DNA of 64,000 nucleotides from Treponemataceae bacterium (GCA_963678065.2 CAXXVZ010000003.1:1760001-1824000); one strand, 5' to 3'; counted from the first letter of the stretch, positions 40,184 to 50,254 are shown. Notes: generated from the letters alone by a model not told the origin. Made by a program: numbers and translations.

Positions 40184-40870
40184 TCAACCTTCCAGATCCG
40201 TTCCATGCTTCCCGCGTTCCCGTTCCCGCAAGCTCTGGATGAAGGATTGCATTGCGCTACCGGCCATGTCTTTGCACCCGAGCCCGAAAGCCAGCGCCAG
40301 TCCGAAAGCGATGGCGCCAAGCACCATCTGGAAGAGTGAACTGATGACTGTTTTGCCGAAACCCATCTGTTCGAAGGCTAGCGAGACGACAAGAATGTTC
40401 CCGAGATACTTGATCGCCTTGACGATGATGCCCGTGTTCGGTATCGCCGCGTTCCTCGCGATGGTCATCACGAAATTCGCGAAAAAGGTGACGACGACGA
40501 CACCCGTGATTACGATGAACAGTGCGGCCATCAGACTGGGAATGACCGATAGCATCTGCGCGGACAGGGCGTTCACGACAGCTATATCGAGCATTTTCGC
40601 GATCTGGAACAGGGAGACGACCACTATGAGCCAGAAAACAAGGACGCTGACCAATCGGGAAGGGGAATAGTCCACACTCCCCTTCCGCAGGAACTCCGTG
40701 ATTCCCATCTTTTCGCTCAGCCTGTCGAATCGCAGGATCTTGAGCAGACTGAGGGTAAGAAACCGCAGGAGCGCCGCACCGATCCAGCCCGCGGCGAGGG
40801 CGACCGGCGCCCGCAAAACGATGGGAAGATCCTTCCAGAATCCGGAGAGGGAGTCGATAATTCCATTCAT
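40184..40870 (-). CDS. CmpX-like / MscS-family TM_helix membrane protein (no MscS cytoplasmic domain)
   Basis: Two TM_helix-like repeats; IPSLMAALFI and ALAFGLGCKD motifs. Confidence 0.72.
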   Translation of the reverse strand: MNGIIDSLSGFWKDLPIVLRAPVALAAGWIGAALLRFLTLSLLKILRFDRLSEKMGITEFLRKGSVDYSPSRLVSVLVFWLIVVVSLFQIAKMLDIAVVNALSAQMLSVIPSLMAALFIVITGVVVVTFFANFVMTIARNAAIPNTGIIVKAIKYLGNILVVSLAFEQMGFGKTVISSLFQMVLGAIAFGLALAFGLGCKDMAGSAMQSFIQSLRERERGKHGTDLEG

Positions 40871-40892
40871 GGTACTACCTCCACTAGAGAGT

Positions 40893-42044
40893 TCAGTCTG
40901 CTTCCGTTACGAGCACATGTATCTGCTTGACCGAGAGACCGGCCAATCCAAGACTTTCGACTGTCCGCCCGCATGCGCGGTAATCCGTCCCGTGCATGAG
41001 AGAACCTAGTTCGATAATCATGTCGATGACGGGAGTCCGCACCCCGAGCATTCCTCCGATGGATGAGATCGGCACGAGACTCATGGGAACATCCTCCGAT
41101 ATGTAGCGGTGGGCTATCGTCTGCGGCGCCTTGATGCCCCGATAACTCTTCGTGGCACGGATCGCCTGGCAGAGATCTTCGCCCGGGGAATCATAGCTGA
41201 GATAGAGCCATTCCCTGGCCGAAACAGAGCGCACACCGAGGGCACGGGCCACTGCCAGGCGCTCCTCGTCGATTTTTTCGAGCACCTTGGCCACCGAGGG
41301 GGTGATGCCCTGAAGGTAGTACTCGAAATTGCCGCCCGTTTCCTCGATCCAACCCGCGTTGAGGATGGTCAGGGCGGGGTGGAATACCGCGCCGATATTC
41401 TCCATGCTCGTCGAAAGGACATTGCCGCCCGCTGAAAATTGCGGGTAGGAATTCTCCAGCACGCCGAGAACGTCGGGCGTGCGGAACGAGGGGAGAGCCG
41501 CAACAGGCACAGCGTTCTTGATCCGGAAGATGTGTCCGGTATGGCGGGAAGTCCGTCGCGACGCGTAGATGAAGGTCTGTGCCTCGGCTATGACGGGCCG
41601 CGCCACACAGCCATTTTCCCGAAGAACCTGCCGCAGCTCCAAGGCACCTCCGGTCCGCCCCGGATTGAGGACGACGATCTGGCCGTCCCGAAGGTGCTTT
41701 GCCATGAGCACGGCGAGCGGCCTGTGGGCCGTCGAAGGCGTTACGACCATTATGACATCGGCCCCCGAAACCGCGGCTCCGATGTCGGAGGTTGCGAGAG
41801 CCACAGGCCCGAAGCCTTTCACCGCCCCATCGACTTCGATACCTCTGTGCCAGCGGATCCCGGCCAGATGCTCGTCCGTGCGGTTGTACAGGTTGACGCG
41901 GAATCCCATAAGCCCCAGGTGCCCCGCCATCGCGACGCCACCGTTGCCCGCGCCGATCACACAGTACACCGCGTCCTTCCCCTTGTCCCGCGTTTCGCGC
42001 AGGATCGATTTCAGCCTTGTGTCGACTACAGATTCCCTTTCCAT
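40893..42044 (-). CDS. NAD(P)-dependent opine (octopine/nopaline-type) dehydrogenase
   Basis: GAGNGG Rossmann motif, LNPGRTGG, NIGAVFHP, D.ER..VA, HRYISEDVP, GRT. Confidence 0.9.
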   Translation of the reverse strand: MERESVVDTRLKSILRETRDKGKDAVYCVIGAGNGGVAMAGHLGLMGFRVNLYNRTDEHLAGIRWHRGIEVDGAVKGFGPVALATSDIGAAVSGADVIMVVTPSTAHRPLAVLMAKHLRDGQIVVLNPGRTGGALELRQVLRENGCVARPVIAEAQTFIYASRRTSRHTGHIFRIKNAVPVAALPSFRTPDVLGVLENSYPQFSAGGNVLSTSMENIGAVFHPALTILNAGWIEETGGNFEYYLQGITPSVAKVLEKIDEERLAVARALGVRSVSAREWLYLSYDSPGEDLCQAIRATKSYRGIKAPQTIAHRYISEDVPMSLVPISSIGGMLGVRTPVIDMIIELGSLMHGTDYRACGRTVESLGLAGLSVKQIHVLVTEAD

Positions 42045-43903
42045 ATTGGCCCTCCCGCAATTCGGGCGATCCGCTCCGCCGCGCCGATCGGTTGACCGTA
42101 TTCGTCCACGACACGGATCGATCCGGCGATAAGCCGGGTCTTCAGACTGCATGCCCTTCTGAACTCGTCGCGACACTCGGAAAGATATGGCAACGCGAAA
42201 AATCCGCGCGCGAGTATTTCGTACATACCACGCGGGGTGTAGGGATCCGGGATGGTCGACTCGATAGCCCCTATCATCATCGTCGCCTCGGACATGAGGA
42301 ACTCCTGTCGGGTCGCAACTTCCGGATTCGTGGCCATGTCGTCGACGCTGCCGTTTTTCCGCATCCGCCTGTACTCCGACAGAGCATGACGCGTGATTCT
42401 GACGCTCTCCTCCACAACGGAAGGATCGGCCAGTCTGAAGCCCTCCGAGTAACTCACGACGTGGATGATCTGGGGACTCGTGTCGTCATGCGGCTCGATA
42501 TCATCCATCAGGGCGGTGACCTCCGCGAGCTGTATTCTCGCCCTCTCGGGATCCGGCGAGAAATAATCCAAGCCCCCTCGCGGCTGCACAAACACGCGGA
42601 ACGACGCATCCTTGAGGCCTCGCACGAGCCTGAGGAGTACCCGCGCCTTAGCGAGATCCTGCACGCCCCAGGTGCTCTTGGGCGTGTTCAGCATGATCTG
42701 CAGGATGAGCGTCCTGATGCCGGAGAGTTTGGCGGCCTTCGCCGCGATGTAGCCCGAAACGATGTAGCTCACATCGTCGGCGCCGCGGAACGCAAAATGA
42801 TGTGGCACGTTCGGCTCGAGCGGTTTCCCCGTCGAGGCTATATACCGCATTGTCGCAAAATGCTCCTCGAGATTCTGTCGGATGGAATTGTCGCCCCGTC
42901 CGTCGAGTCTGCAGAACCACCAGAACGACAGCGCGTGCCACGCGATGTCCAGGCGCTCTTCGTACATCCGGGCGAGCGCAGGAACATTCTTGGTGCCCGC
43001 GTAGGTCCGTACGAACATTGGCCGCGCCGCTCTCCATACGGCTTCGAACTCGCCGGGATCGTTGATCGGCACGCCACCTCCGTCCGGAGCGTCCCGCCAA
43101 TCCTCGCCGAACCTCGACTGGCTCAGCTGGCTGGTCCCTATCGAAAGAATATCGAGAAGACCGCCCGAAGCGAGCGTCCTGGTCCAGTCGAAAAAAAGAT
43201 CGACAGCTTCCTTCCTGCGGGGCAGATAGGGACCGACATGGGCGCGCATGAGGGGCGGCAATCCGCGCGCGGCACCGTACAGCGCCCTTTTCACTACACT
43301 TTCCCCACGGCATCCGTAGCCGGGGCTTTGCCTCCTGTCCACGGATCCGACACCGAGGTACTCGCGCTTGCGCACCAGCTCGCGGGCGAACTGCCTCCTC
43401 GCCTCATCGTATACGGCGCCGTGAACAAGCGATGATGGCATACACGTCCACGGCACTCCCAGCATTTCCAGCGTCTCAGAGGGCGTCTCGTCTCCGGAGA
43501 AGACCGCGTCGACGACAGGATAGCGCTGCTTTATCACGGCGCAGGCTTCCGGCAGACCCGCAAAATACAGATAGCGTACCGGACCTCCCCGATGCGCCGT
43601 CAGGTTGGCCGTTTCCAGAAAATCGACGAAGGCTCCGAAGAGACGGACAGCGTCGGAAGGATCGAGGCGGTAACTGAATCCGACCGCGCTTATGCCTGTC
43701 CCCGATATCCAGGAGCAAAGCAGTCTTCCGGCCGCCGGATTGCCCGGCTCCTCGGCCATCGTGCAGATTTCGCGGTCGGCGATGCGGCACTCAATACCGC
43801 ACTCGTCGAGAAGCTGTGTGATGGAAACGATTCCCAATGTATGTACATCGTGGACAGGATGAATGAAGCCGAACACCCTGGATTCGCTATGGTCTTTTAT
43901 CAT
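42026..43903 (-). CDS. Cobalamin-binding domain fused to a putative TIM-barrel (mutase-like, unknown function)
   Basis: N-terminal DVHTLG (DxHxxG) and GFSYRL; then RAHVG, GGGVPI, EPNVPHH, IHVVSYSEG. Confidence 0.72.
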   Translation of the reverse strand: MIKDHSESRVFGFIHPVHDVHTLGIVSITQLLDECGIECRIADREICTMAEEPGNPAAGRLLCSWISGTGISAVGFSYRLDPSDAVRLFGAFVDFLETANLTAHRGGPVRYLYFAGLPEACAVIKQRYPVVDAVFSGDETPSETLEMLGVPWTCMPSSLVHGAVYDEARRQFARELVRKREYLGVGSVDRRQSPGYGCRGESVVKRALYGAARGLPPLMRAHVGPYLPRRKEAVDLFFDWTRTLASGGLLDILSIGTSQLSQSRFGEDWRDAPDGGGVPINDPGEFEAVWRAARPMFVRTYAGTKNVPALARMYEERLDIAWHALSFWWFCRLDGRGDNSIRQNLEEHFATMRYIASTGKPLEPNVPHHFAFRGADDVSYIVSGYIAAKAAKLSGIRTLILQIMLNTPKSTWGVQDLAKARVLLRLVRGLKDASFRVFVQPRGGLDYFSPDPERARIQLAEVTALMDDIEPHDDTSPQIIHVVSYSEGFRLADPSVVEESVRITRHALSEYRRMRKNGSVDDMATNPEVATRQEFLMSEATMMIGAIESTIPDPYTPRGMYEILARGFFALPYLSECRDEFRRACSLKTRLIAGSIRVVDEYGQPIGAAERIARIAGGPIWKGNL

Positions 43904-43962
43904 GAGGCCTCCAGTGCCACCACTGACATCCGGACAAGCCACAGTCCGGATAAACCGGAGTA

Positions 43963-45093
43963 TCAGCCGGTGATTGTGTCGTAGAACGGAGAAGGAATGA
44001 CATCGCGCATGCCGTCCGGTATGAACAGCGTTTTGCTTCCCTCCCGGATGCACCGACAGAGGGCCGCGAGGACGATGGCGTTGAGATAGGCTGTCTCGTC
44101 GAGCCCGGCATGTCGGGCGCAGGATTCGAACCAGGGATCGGGAACCATGGGCTGACCATTGATCTCTATGGCCTGGAAGCGGCCTTTGGCGAATGCCATG
44201 TCGCAGCGCGAATAGTCGCGGACCCGGGCAGCCGCGAATGCCCTTCCGGCGAAGGCTACGACCCTCTCACGGGTTTCCGGATCCTCAATCGCTCGTGCGA
44301 GCGTTCTGTTCCCTTCCTTGTCTCCGTTTGTGATCAGGGGCAGTCTCTTCGGGGTCTTGAAAACGAGTTCGGCGGGCATCAGCAGTATCCTTCCGGGCAT
44401 GCCGATCATGGATACCGTATATTCCTGGAAATCGGAATATCCGCCCAGATACTCCTCGACGAGGACTTCATCGAATTCGTCCAGAACCACGCGAATCCTC
44501 TCCGAGAGTTCGTCTGGGGTATACACAACTGACTTGTCACAGATGCCGCGCGAGTTGCCCTCGGCGGCGGGCTTGACGATGCAGGGGAATGGAGGAAAAG
44601 ATGCCGGTTCCGGCATTTCCCGGAATTCTTTCGCCTTCACGCGGAGAAAAGCCGGGGTAGTCACAGCTTCCCGCAGCCATCGCTCTTTCATGTCCGTCTT
44701 GGAGAGAGCGAGGCGGATCGTATCGGACGATGATCCCACAAAGGGTATCTCCATGCCGACGAGAAGGGAATGGACATCGGTCGCTGAAGGATCCGATTTC
44801 CGGAGAGATGGGCCTTCATTGAGATGGCCGGGTGTCGGGGGCGGGGCATACTCTCCAGGCAGGCTGTCAAGCGCGCTGAAGACGATATCGGGCTTATCTG
44901 TTTCAAGAATGGAAAGCAGTTCACATACATTTTTTACCTGGTGATGGATGGCGGAACATCCGCCGCGTACGAGCGCTGAGGTGAAACGCCCGAAGCGTAC
45001 CTCGTCCGCACGGTTACGGACCTCGTCTGTCCACAGAAGACTGATGACCGCTACGTCCGGCGGGTGCATCAGGAAGCAGGTTGACTTCGCCAA
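43963..45093 (-). CDS. ATP-grasp ligase, D-Ala-D-Ala ligase-like but divergent
   Basis: IPFVGS, K..MK, IVKPAAEGNSRGI, LVEEYL, QEYTV, YSRCDM, IEINGQP; TTG start with GGAGG RBS. Confidence 0.82.
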   Translation of the reverse strand: MAKSTCFLMHPPDVAVISLLWTDEVRNRADEVRFGRFTSALVRGGCSAIHHQVKNVCELLSILETDKPDIVFSALDSLPGEYAPPPTPGHLNEGPSLRKSDPSATDVHSLLVGMEIPFVGSSSDTIRLALSKTDMKERWLREAVTTPAFLRVKAKEFREMPEPASFPPFPCIVKPAAEGNSRGICDKSVVYTPDELSERIRVVLDEFDEVLVEEYLGGYSDFQEYTVSMIGMPGRILLMPAELVFKTPKRLPLITNGDKEGNRTLARAIEDPETRERVVAFAGRAFAAARVRDYSRCDMAFAKGRFQAIEINGQPMVPDPWFESCARHAGLDETAYLNAIVLAALCRCIREGSKTLFIPDGMRDVIPSPFYDTITG

Positions 45094-45233
45094 TTCCCGG
45101 GTACCTCCAGTTTGAAAGATGACGGCCTTCCGGCCATATTTTCATCCTAAACCATGATCCGGTTTGGCGCAAATCAAAAACGCCGACAGGAATTTCTTTC
45201 CCTGTCGGCGGGCAAGTCATTGCGGAAAGAGGC

Positions 45234-47675
45234 CTACACTATCGTCTTGGCTATCTTCACTATGTCGGCGAACACGCCGCCGGCGGTCACAGCGGCCCCG
45301 GCCCCCGGCCCCTTCACGACCAGGGGAAGCTCGTTGTAGCGGTCGGTCGTGAAGACGACCATGTTGTCGGTGCCGACGAGGTTGAGGAAGGGATCCTTCT
45401 CGGTCGCGACGCGCAACCGCAGACTGGCCTTCCCGCCCTCGATGACAGCCACATACCGCAGCATGCCGCCCTGCGCGGCGGCCTCGGCCCGCTTTTTCTC
45501 CATGACCGCGTCGAAGCTCGCGAGGATCTCGAAGAATGCGTCGACGGAGGGAGCCTCGAAGCAGGCCTTCGGAAGGATCGGCTCGATGACCATGTCCTCG
45601 AAGTGCATGTCGTAGCCCCACTCCCGCGCGAGGATGAGAGCCTTGCGCGCCGCATCCATGGCCGAGAGATCGTCGCGGGGATCGGGCTCGGTGTAGCCGC
45701 GCTCCTTGGCCTCGCGCACGAGTTCGGAGAATTTTCTCCCCTCGATGAAACTGTTGAGTATGAAGCTGATAGTACCTGAGAGCACGGCCTCGATGCGGTT
45801 GATTCTGTCGCCCGAGGCGACAAGATCCTGCAAAGGCCCGATGATGGGAAGTCCCGCGCCGACGGTCGTCTCATAGCAGTAGGGAATGCCGGTCTCGCGC
45901 GACACTCCGACAAGATCTTTGTAGCGTTTGAGGGGTCCCGCGTTGGCCCTCTTGTTGGGCGTCACGATGGTGACGGCGTTGTTCAGGAGGTCGAGGTAGA
46001 AATCGGGTATGTTCTCCGAGGCGGTGCAGTCGCAGAAGGCCGTGTTGGGCAAGTTGAGCTTCTTCATCCTGTCGACGTAGGCGCCCAGGTCGCAGGTTTC
46101 CCCCGTGTCGAGCGCATCTTTCCAGAGCGCGGGGTCGATGCCCGCGGGATCTATCACCATGCGTCTGGAATTGGCGACGCCGATGAGGTTGATCCTGACC
46201 GAAAGGCTGGATAGGAGCTGTTCCTTCTGGGCGGCGATCTGGGAGAGAAGCGTCTTTCCGATGAGCCCCGTGCCGACGAGGAAGAGATTGACGGAGCGGA
46301 TTCCCGAGAGGAAGAAGGCTCTGTGGACGGCGTTGAGCGCCTTGGCTTCGTCGGCCGCGTTGATGACGGCGGAGATGTTGAGTTCCGAAGACCCTTGGGC
46401 GATGGCGATGATGTTGACTCCGTTGCGTCCGAGCGCGTGGAAGACGCGGCCCGAGATGCCTGTGCGCCGCTTCATTCTCTCGCCGACGACGGCGATGATG
46501 GCGCGGTCCGTCTCCACGAGGGGCGGCTCGATGGCGCCCGCCAGCATCTCGAGCTCGAATTCACTCATCAGGGCCTGGCTCGAGCGCTCGGCGTCGTCGT
46601 GGCTCACGGCGCAGCAGATGGAATGCTGGCTCGAAGCCTGGGTGATGAGGACCACGTTAGCCTTGATGCGCGAGAGGCATCCGAGGACCCGCCCCGCCAT
46701 GCCGGTCGAACCGACCATGCCCGAGCCCTGGACGCGGATGAGGGCGATGTGCTTGATCGAGGCGATGCCGCGCACGGGGTACTCGCTCGGCGCCGCGCTC
46801 GATGTGATGAGGGTTCCGGGGCAGGCAGGATTGAAACTGTTCTTGATGCGGATGGGGATGCCCTGGGCCATGGCCGGCGCGACAGTCGGCGGGTGGAGGA
46901 CTTTGGCGCCGAAGTGCGAGAGCTCGAGGGCTTCCTCGTAGGTGATCTCGTCGATGCGGAATGCCTCGGGCACGAGGCGGGGATCCGAGGTCATGATGCC
47001 GTCGACATCGGTCCATATCTCGATCTCGTCGACCTTGAGGGCTGCGCCGAGGATGGAGGCTGTCAGGTCCGAGCCACCCCGGCCGAGGGTCGTCGTGTCG
47101 CCCTTCTCGCTTGAGGCGATGAAGCCGGTGATGACGTGGATGCTGTCGGGGCCAAAGAGGGCCGCCCTGACGAGCGTGTTGGTCAGATCGTACTTACAGG
47201 CCGCGCATCCGTAGCTCTCGTCCGTCTTCACGATGTCGCGGGCGTCCGTGAACTCGGCCTCGAGCCCCGCGGAGAGGAAGGCGCGGGAGATGATGAAGGC
47301 GGACATCCGTTCGCCGAAGCTCATGATGAGGTCGAGGCTGTGCACGGAGAGTTCGCGCACGAGGGAGATGCCGAGGAGCATGCTTCCGAGTTCGCCGAGG
47401 GTTTCGGAGAGCCAGGCGTCGGTTTCCGTGCCGTAGCCGCCCGTCGTCAGCGTTTCCGCCATCAGTCTGTGGCGTTTGCGCAGGGCCGTGAGGATATCCT
47501 TGAACGTCGCGTCCCCGGTGGCAGCTGCCTTGGCCGCGCGGATAAGGGAATCCGTCACGCCCGAAAATGCCGAGACGACGACGAGTTTCTCTCCCGAATC
47601 CTTCACGATCCCGATGAGCCTCTTTACAGCCTCGGGGCTTCCCACCGAGGTTCCTCCGAACTTCATGACCTTCAT
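45234..47675 (-). CDS. thrA: Bifunctional aspartokinase/homoserine dehydrogenase I
   Basis: KFGGTSVG, LGRGGSD, two ACT domains, YETTVGAGLP, EPDPRDDL, GPGAG. Confidence 0.95.
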   Translation of the reverse strand: MKVMKFGGTSVGSPEAVKRLIGIVKDSGEKLVVVSAFSGVTDSLIRAAKAAATGDATFKDILTALRKRHRLMAETLTTGGYGTETDAWLSETLGELGSMLLGISLVRELSVHSLDLIMSFGERMSAFIISRAFLSAGLEAEFTDARDIVKTDESYGCAACKYDLTNTLVRAALFGPDSIHVITGFIASSEKGDTTTLGRGGSDLTASILGAALKVDEIEIWTDVDGIMTSDPRLVPEAFRIDEITYEEALELSHFGAKVLHPPTVAPAMAQGIPIRIKNSFNPACPGTLITSSAAPSEYPVRGIASIKHIALIRVQGSGMVGSTGMAGRVLGCLSRIKANVVLITQASSQHSICCAVSHDDAERSSQALMSEFELEMLAGAIEPPLVETDRAIIAVVGERMKRRTGISGRVFHALGRNGVNIIAIAQGSSELNISAVINAADEAKALNAVHRAFFLSGIRSVNLFLVGTGLIGKTLLSQIAAQKEQLLSSLSVRINLIGVANSRRMVIDPAGIDPALWKDALDTGETCDLGAYVDRMKKLNLPNTAFCDCTASENIPDFYLDLLNNAVTIVTPNKRANAGPLKRYKDLVGVSRETGIPYCYETTVGAGLPIIGPLQDLVASGDRINRIEAVLSGTISFILNSFIEGRKFSELVREAKERGYTEPDPRDDLSAMDAARKALILAREWGYDMHFEDMVIEPILPKACFEAPSVDAFFEILASFDAVMEKKRAEAAAQGGMLRYVAVIEGGKASLRLRVATEKDPFLNLVGTDNMVVFTTDRYNELPLVVKGPGAGAAVTAGGVFADIVKIAKTIV

Positions 47676-47965
47676 GCATTCTCCTCGCCGGGTACTCCTT
47701 GAGGGTCCGGCGTTCCGGGCACTATATCACGGTGCTCGCGCGGATTTCGAGTATCGATTCTGCATATAGATGCAAAAACAGGACCCTATCCCCTCAAAAA
47801 ACTTGAGACAGTACGGTATCGGTCACAGAACAATCTGTGTCTGACTGTCATTCGATGCATTCCCTTCCGCGACAGTCGCGATCCCCCTAAAAATTCCCTG
47901 GCAATCCATCCCTACCTATTGAGCAGAATCCTTCACATCACTACGTTACCTGAACTGGGGTTTTC

Positions 47966-50113
47966 ATGAACAAAAAGAAATATGCGCTCACTCTTGGGTT
48001 TGTCCTGGTATGCACCTTCGCACTCCACGCTGAAGGGACGGAAGGTAGCACGATAACGGAAGCGATGACAACACTCGTATTCCAGCTCGGAATTGTCATT
48101 TTCGCAGTCAAGGCGGGCGGTTCGCTCGCCAGAGGCGCAGGAATGCCCTCAGTACTCGGCGAATTACTGGCGGGAGTCATCATCGGTCCCTTCGCGCTCG
48201 GATCCATCCCCTTGCCTGGACTTCCAAACGGTTTTTTCCCGATTGCGGGTCCTGATATGGCGATCAGTCCGGTCCTCTATGGATTTTCCACCGTGGCATC
48301 GATCATCCTGCTCTTTTCGTCGGGGCTCGAAACCGACCTCGATATGTTCCTACGTTACTCCGTGGCTGGAGGTATAGTCGGATTAGGAGGCGTCATCTTC
48401 TCCTACTCTCTCGGGGCGGGAATAGCGGCACTCCTTTTGCATACCGGCTTCTTCAGCCCATCCTCCATGTTCCTCGGGATAATGTGCACGGCGACAAGTG
48501 TAGGCATCACGGCCCGCATCCTGTCCGACAGAAAGAAAATGGATTCGCCCGAAGGCGTCACCATACTCGCCGCCGCCGTGTTCGATGATGTTCTCGGTAT
48601 TGTCGCCCTCGCGATCGTAATGGGCGTTGTCGCCGCGATGACCGGACATGCCACAGGGAATCTGACGACCATGGGCATCGCAGGAATAGCCGTCAAGGCT
48701 TTCGGGCTCTGGCTCGGCTTCACGGCGCTCGGCCTTGTCTTCGGCAAGAAAATCGCCACCCTCCTCAAGAGATCGGGAGGCGCATCCAGTTTTACCCTGC
48801 TCGCTTTCGGCCTGGCTCTCCTCCTTGCCGGTTTCTTCGAGACCCAGGGACTCGCGATGATCATCGGCGCCTACATTGTCGGCCTTTCGCTCTCGAAGAC
48901 CGACCTCTCATTCCTCATCCAGGAAAAAATGAAGCCGATGTACGACTTTTTCGTTCCGGTCTTCTTTGCGGTGATGGGAATGCTCGTCGATGTCCGCCAG
49001 ATATTTTCACCCTCCATCCTCGCATTCGGCCTCATCTACACCCTTTTTGCCATTCTCTCCAAGGTTTTCGGGTGCGGCCTGCCCTCTCTCTTCCTGGGTT
49101 TCAACCTTAAGGGTGCGATCAGGATCGGCGTCGGCATGGTTCCGCGCGGGGAAGTGGCGCTGATAATAGCCGGAATCGGGCTGTCCTCCGGCATCCTTGA
49201 ACCCTCGATTTTCGGTGTCGCCATCCTCATGACCATGATCACCACCCTCGTCGCCCCACCGGCTCTGGGCGCTGTCCTCAGCAAGGGCGGACAGGGTACA
49301 CGCCTGACGGTGAAAGGATCCAATACGGAGCAGATATTCTTCGAGTTCCCTTCCAGCGAGATCACGGATCTGGTGACGGATACTCTCCTCAGAGCCTTTG
49401 AGCGCGAAGGATTCCTGGTACAGATCATGAACCTGAGCGAAGGCATCTCGCACATCCGCAAAGACGACATCTCGATCTCTCTGGTCAAGGAAGAGACAAG
49501 GCTGAGTCTGGAAACCGCGCCGGAAGATGTCAGCTTCGCAAAAACCACGGTGCACGAAACCCTGCTCGAACTGGATTCAAGCTTCGACAGGCTCAAGCAC
49601 AGCTACGATCCGGAGAATCTCAGGCAGAACATCGACATTGATTCCGGACGCAGGAATTCGACGTTCCTCGAGAAACTGGATAAGAACTGCCTGACGGCCT
49701 CACTGGTTTCAACCAAAAAGGAAGATGCGATAGCCGAACTTGTCGGACTCCTCGATGTCGCGGGAAAGCTCCTGAATAAAGACATCGTACTCGCGGACGT
49801 TCTCGAACGCGAATCCAAGATGAGCACCGGCATGCAGCATGGGATCGCTCTTCCCCACGCGCGGACTTCCGGCCTCGCAAAACCGGCGATCGCCATCGGT
49901 GTCTCGCACAAGGGTGTCGACTTCACGACGCTCGACGGATCAACAGTACACATCATTGCCCTGATCGTCAGTCCGGCACGGGAAGAGGCGCCGCACATGC
50001 AGATGCTGGCCGGCCTGGGCGCAGCCCTCGGGGATGATCAAGTCCGCGAGCGGATGATGAAAGCGCGTTCCGGAGAAGAGCTCATATCTCTCCTTGAGCC
50101 CCGCAAAGCCTGA
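47966..50113 (+). CDS. CPA2 cation:proton antiporter fused to a PTS EIIA domain
   Basis: ATSVGIT, AAVFDDVLG, GMVPRGEVA; C-terminal RE..STGMQHGIALPHAR. Confidence 0.88.
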   Translation: MNKKKYALTLGFVLVCTFALHAEGTEGSTITEAMTTLVFQLGIVIFAVKAGGSLARGAGMPSVLGELLAGVIIGPFALGSIPLPGLPNGFFPIAGPDMAISPVLYGFSTVASIILLFSSGLETDLDMFLRYSVAGGIVGLGGVIFSYSLGAGIAALLLHTGFFSPSSMFLGIMCTATSVGITARILSDRKKMDSPEGVTILAAAVFDDVLGIVALAIVMGVVAAMTGHATGNLTTMGIAGIAVKAFGLWLGFTALGLVFGKKIATLLKRSGGASSFTLLAFGLALLLAGFFETQGLAMIIGAYIVGLSLSKTDLSFLIQEKMKPMYDFFVPVFFAVMGMLVDVRQIFSPSILAFGLIYTLFAILSKVFGCGLPSLFLGFNLKGAIRIGVGMVPRGEVALIIAGIGLSSGILEPSIFGVAILMTMITTLVAPPALGAVLSKGGQGTRLTVKGSNTEQIFFEFPSSEITDLVTDTLLRAFEREGFLVQIMNLSEGISHIRKDDISISLVKEETRLSLETAPEDVSFAKTTVHETLLELDSSFDRLKHSYDPENLRQNIDIDSGRRNSTFLEKLDKNCLTASLVSTKKEDAIAELVGLLDVAGKLLNKDIVLADVLERESKMSTGMQHGIALPHARTSGLAKPAIAIGVSHKGVDFTTLDGSTVHIIALIVSPAREEAPHMQMLAGLGAALGDDQVRERMMKARSGEELISLLEPRKA

Positions 50114-50183
50114 GAAAATGCCCTCTCGGACGTCCCCACAAAAGGGGACGAGCCAAAGATCTGTCCAATAATAGTCTGGCTCG

Positions 50184-50226
50184 AAAAAAAAGCTTCAGGA
50201 CCTCCCCACAGGATAGTCCTGAAGCT
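50184..50226 (-). terminator. Rho-independent terminator of the kor-mut-mmd operon
   Basis: AGCTTCAGGAC...GTCCTGAAGCT stem followed by a T-run on the minus strand. Confidence 0.75.
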
Positions 50227-50254
50227 CCGATTCCATGAACCCGTGACGTGAAGA

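Noticed and set aside
40893..42044. Staphylopine/pseudopaline-type metallophore cluster
   Set aside because: No nicotianamine-synthase-like gene or cognate metal ABC transporter is adjacent to the opine dehydrogenase.
42026..43903. B12-dependent radical SAM enzyme
   Set aside because: No CxxxCxxC motif.
47676..47965. thr attenuator, T-box or riboswitch upstream of thrA
   Set aside because: No Thr/Ile-rich leader peptide or recognisable riboswitch consensus seen.
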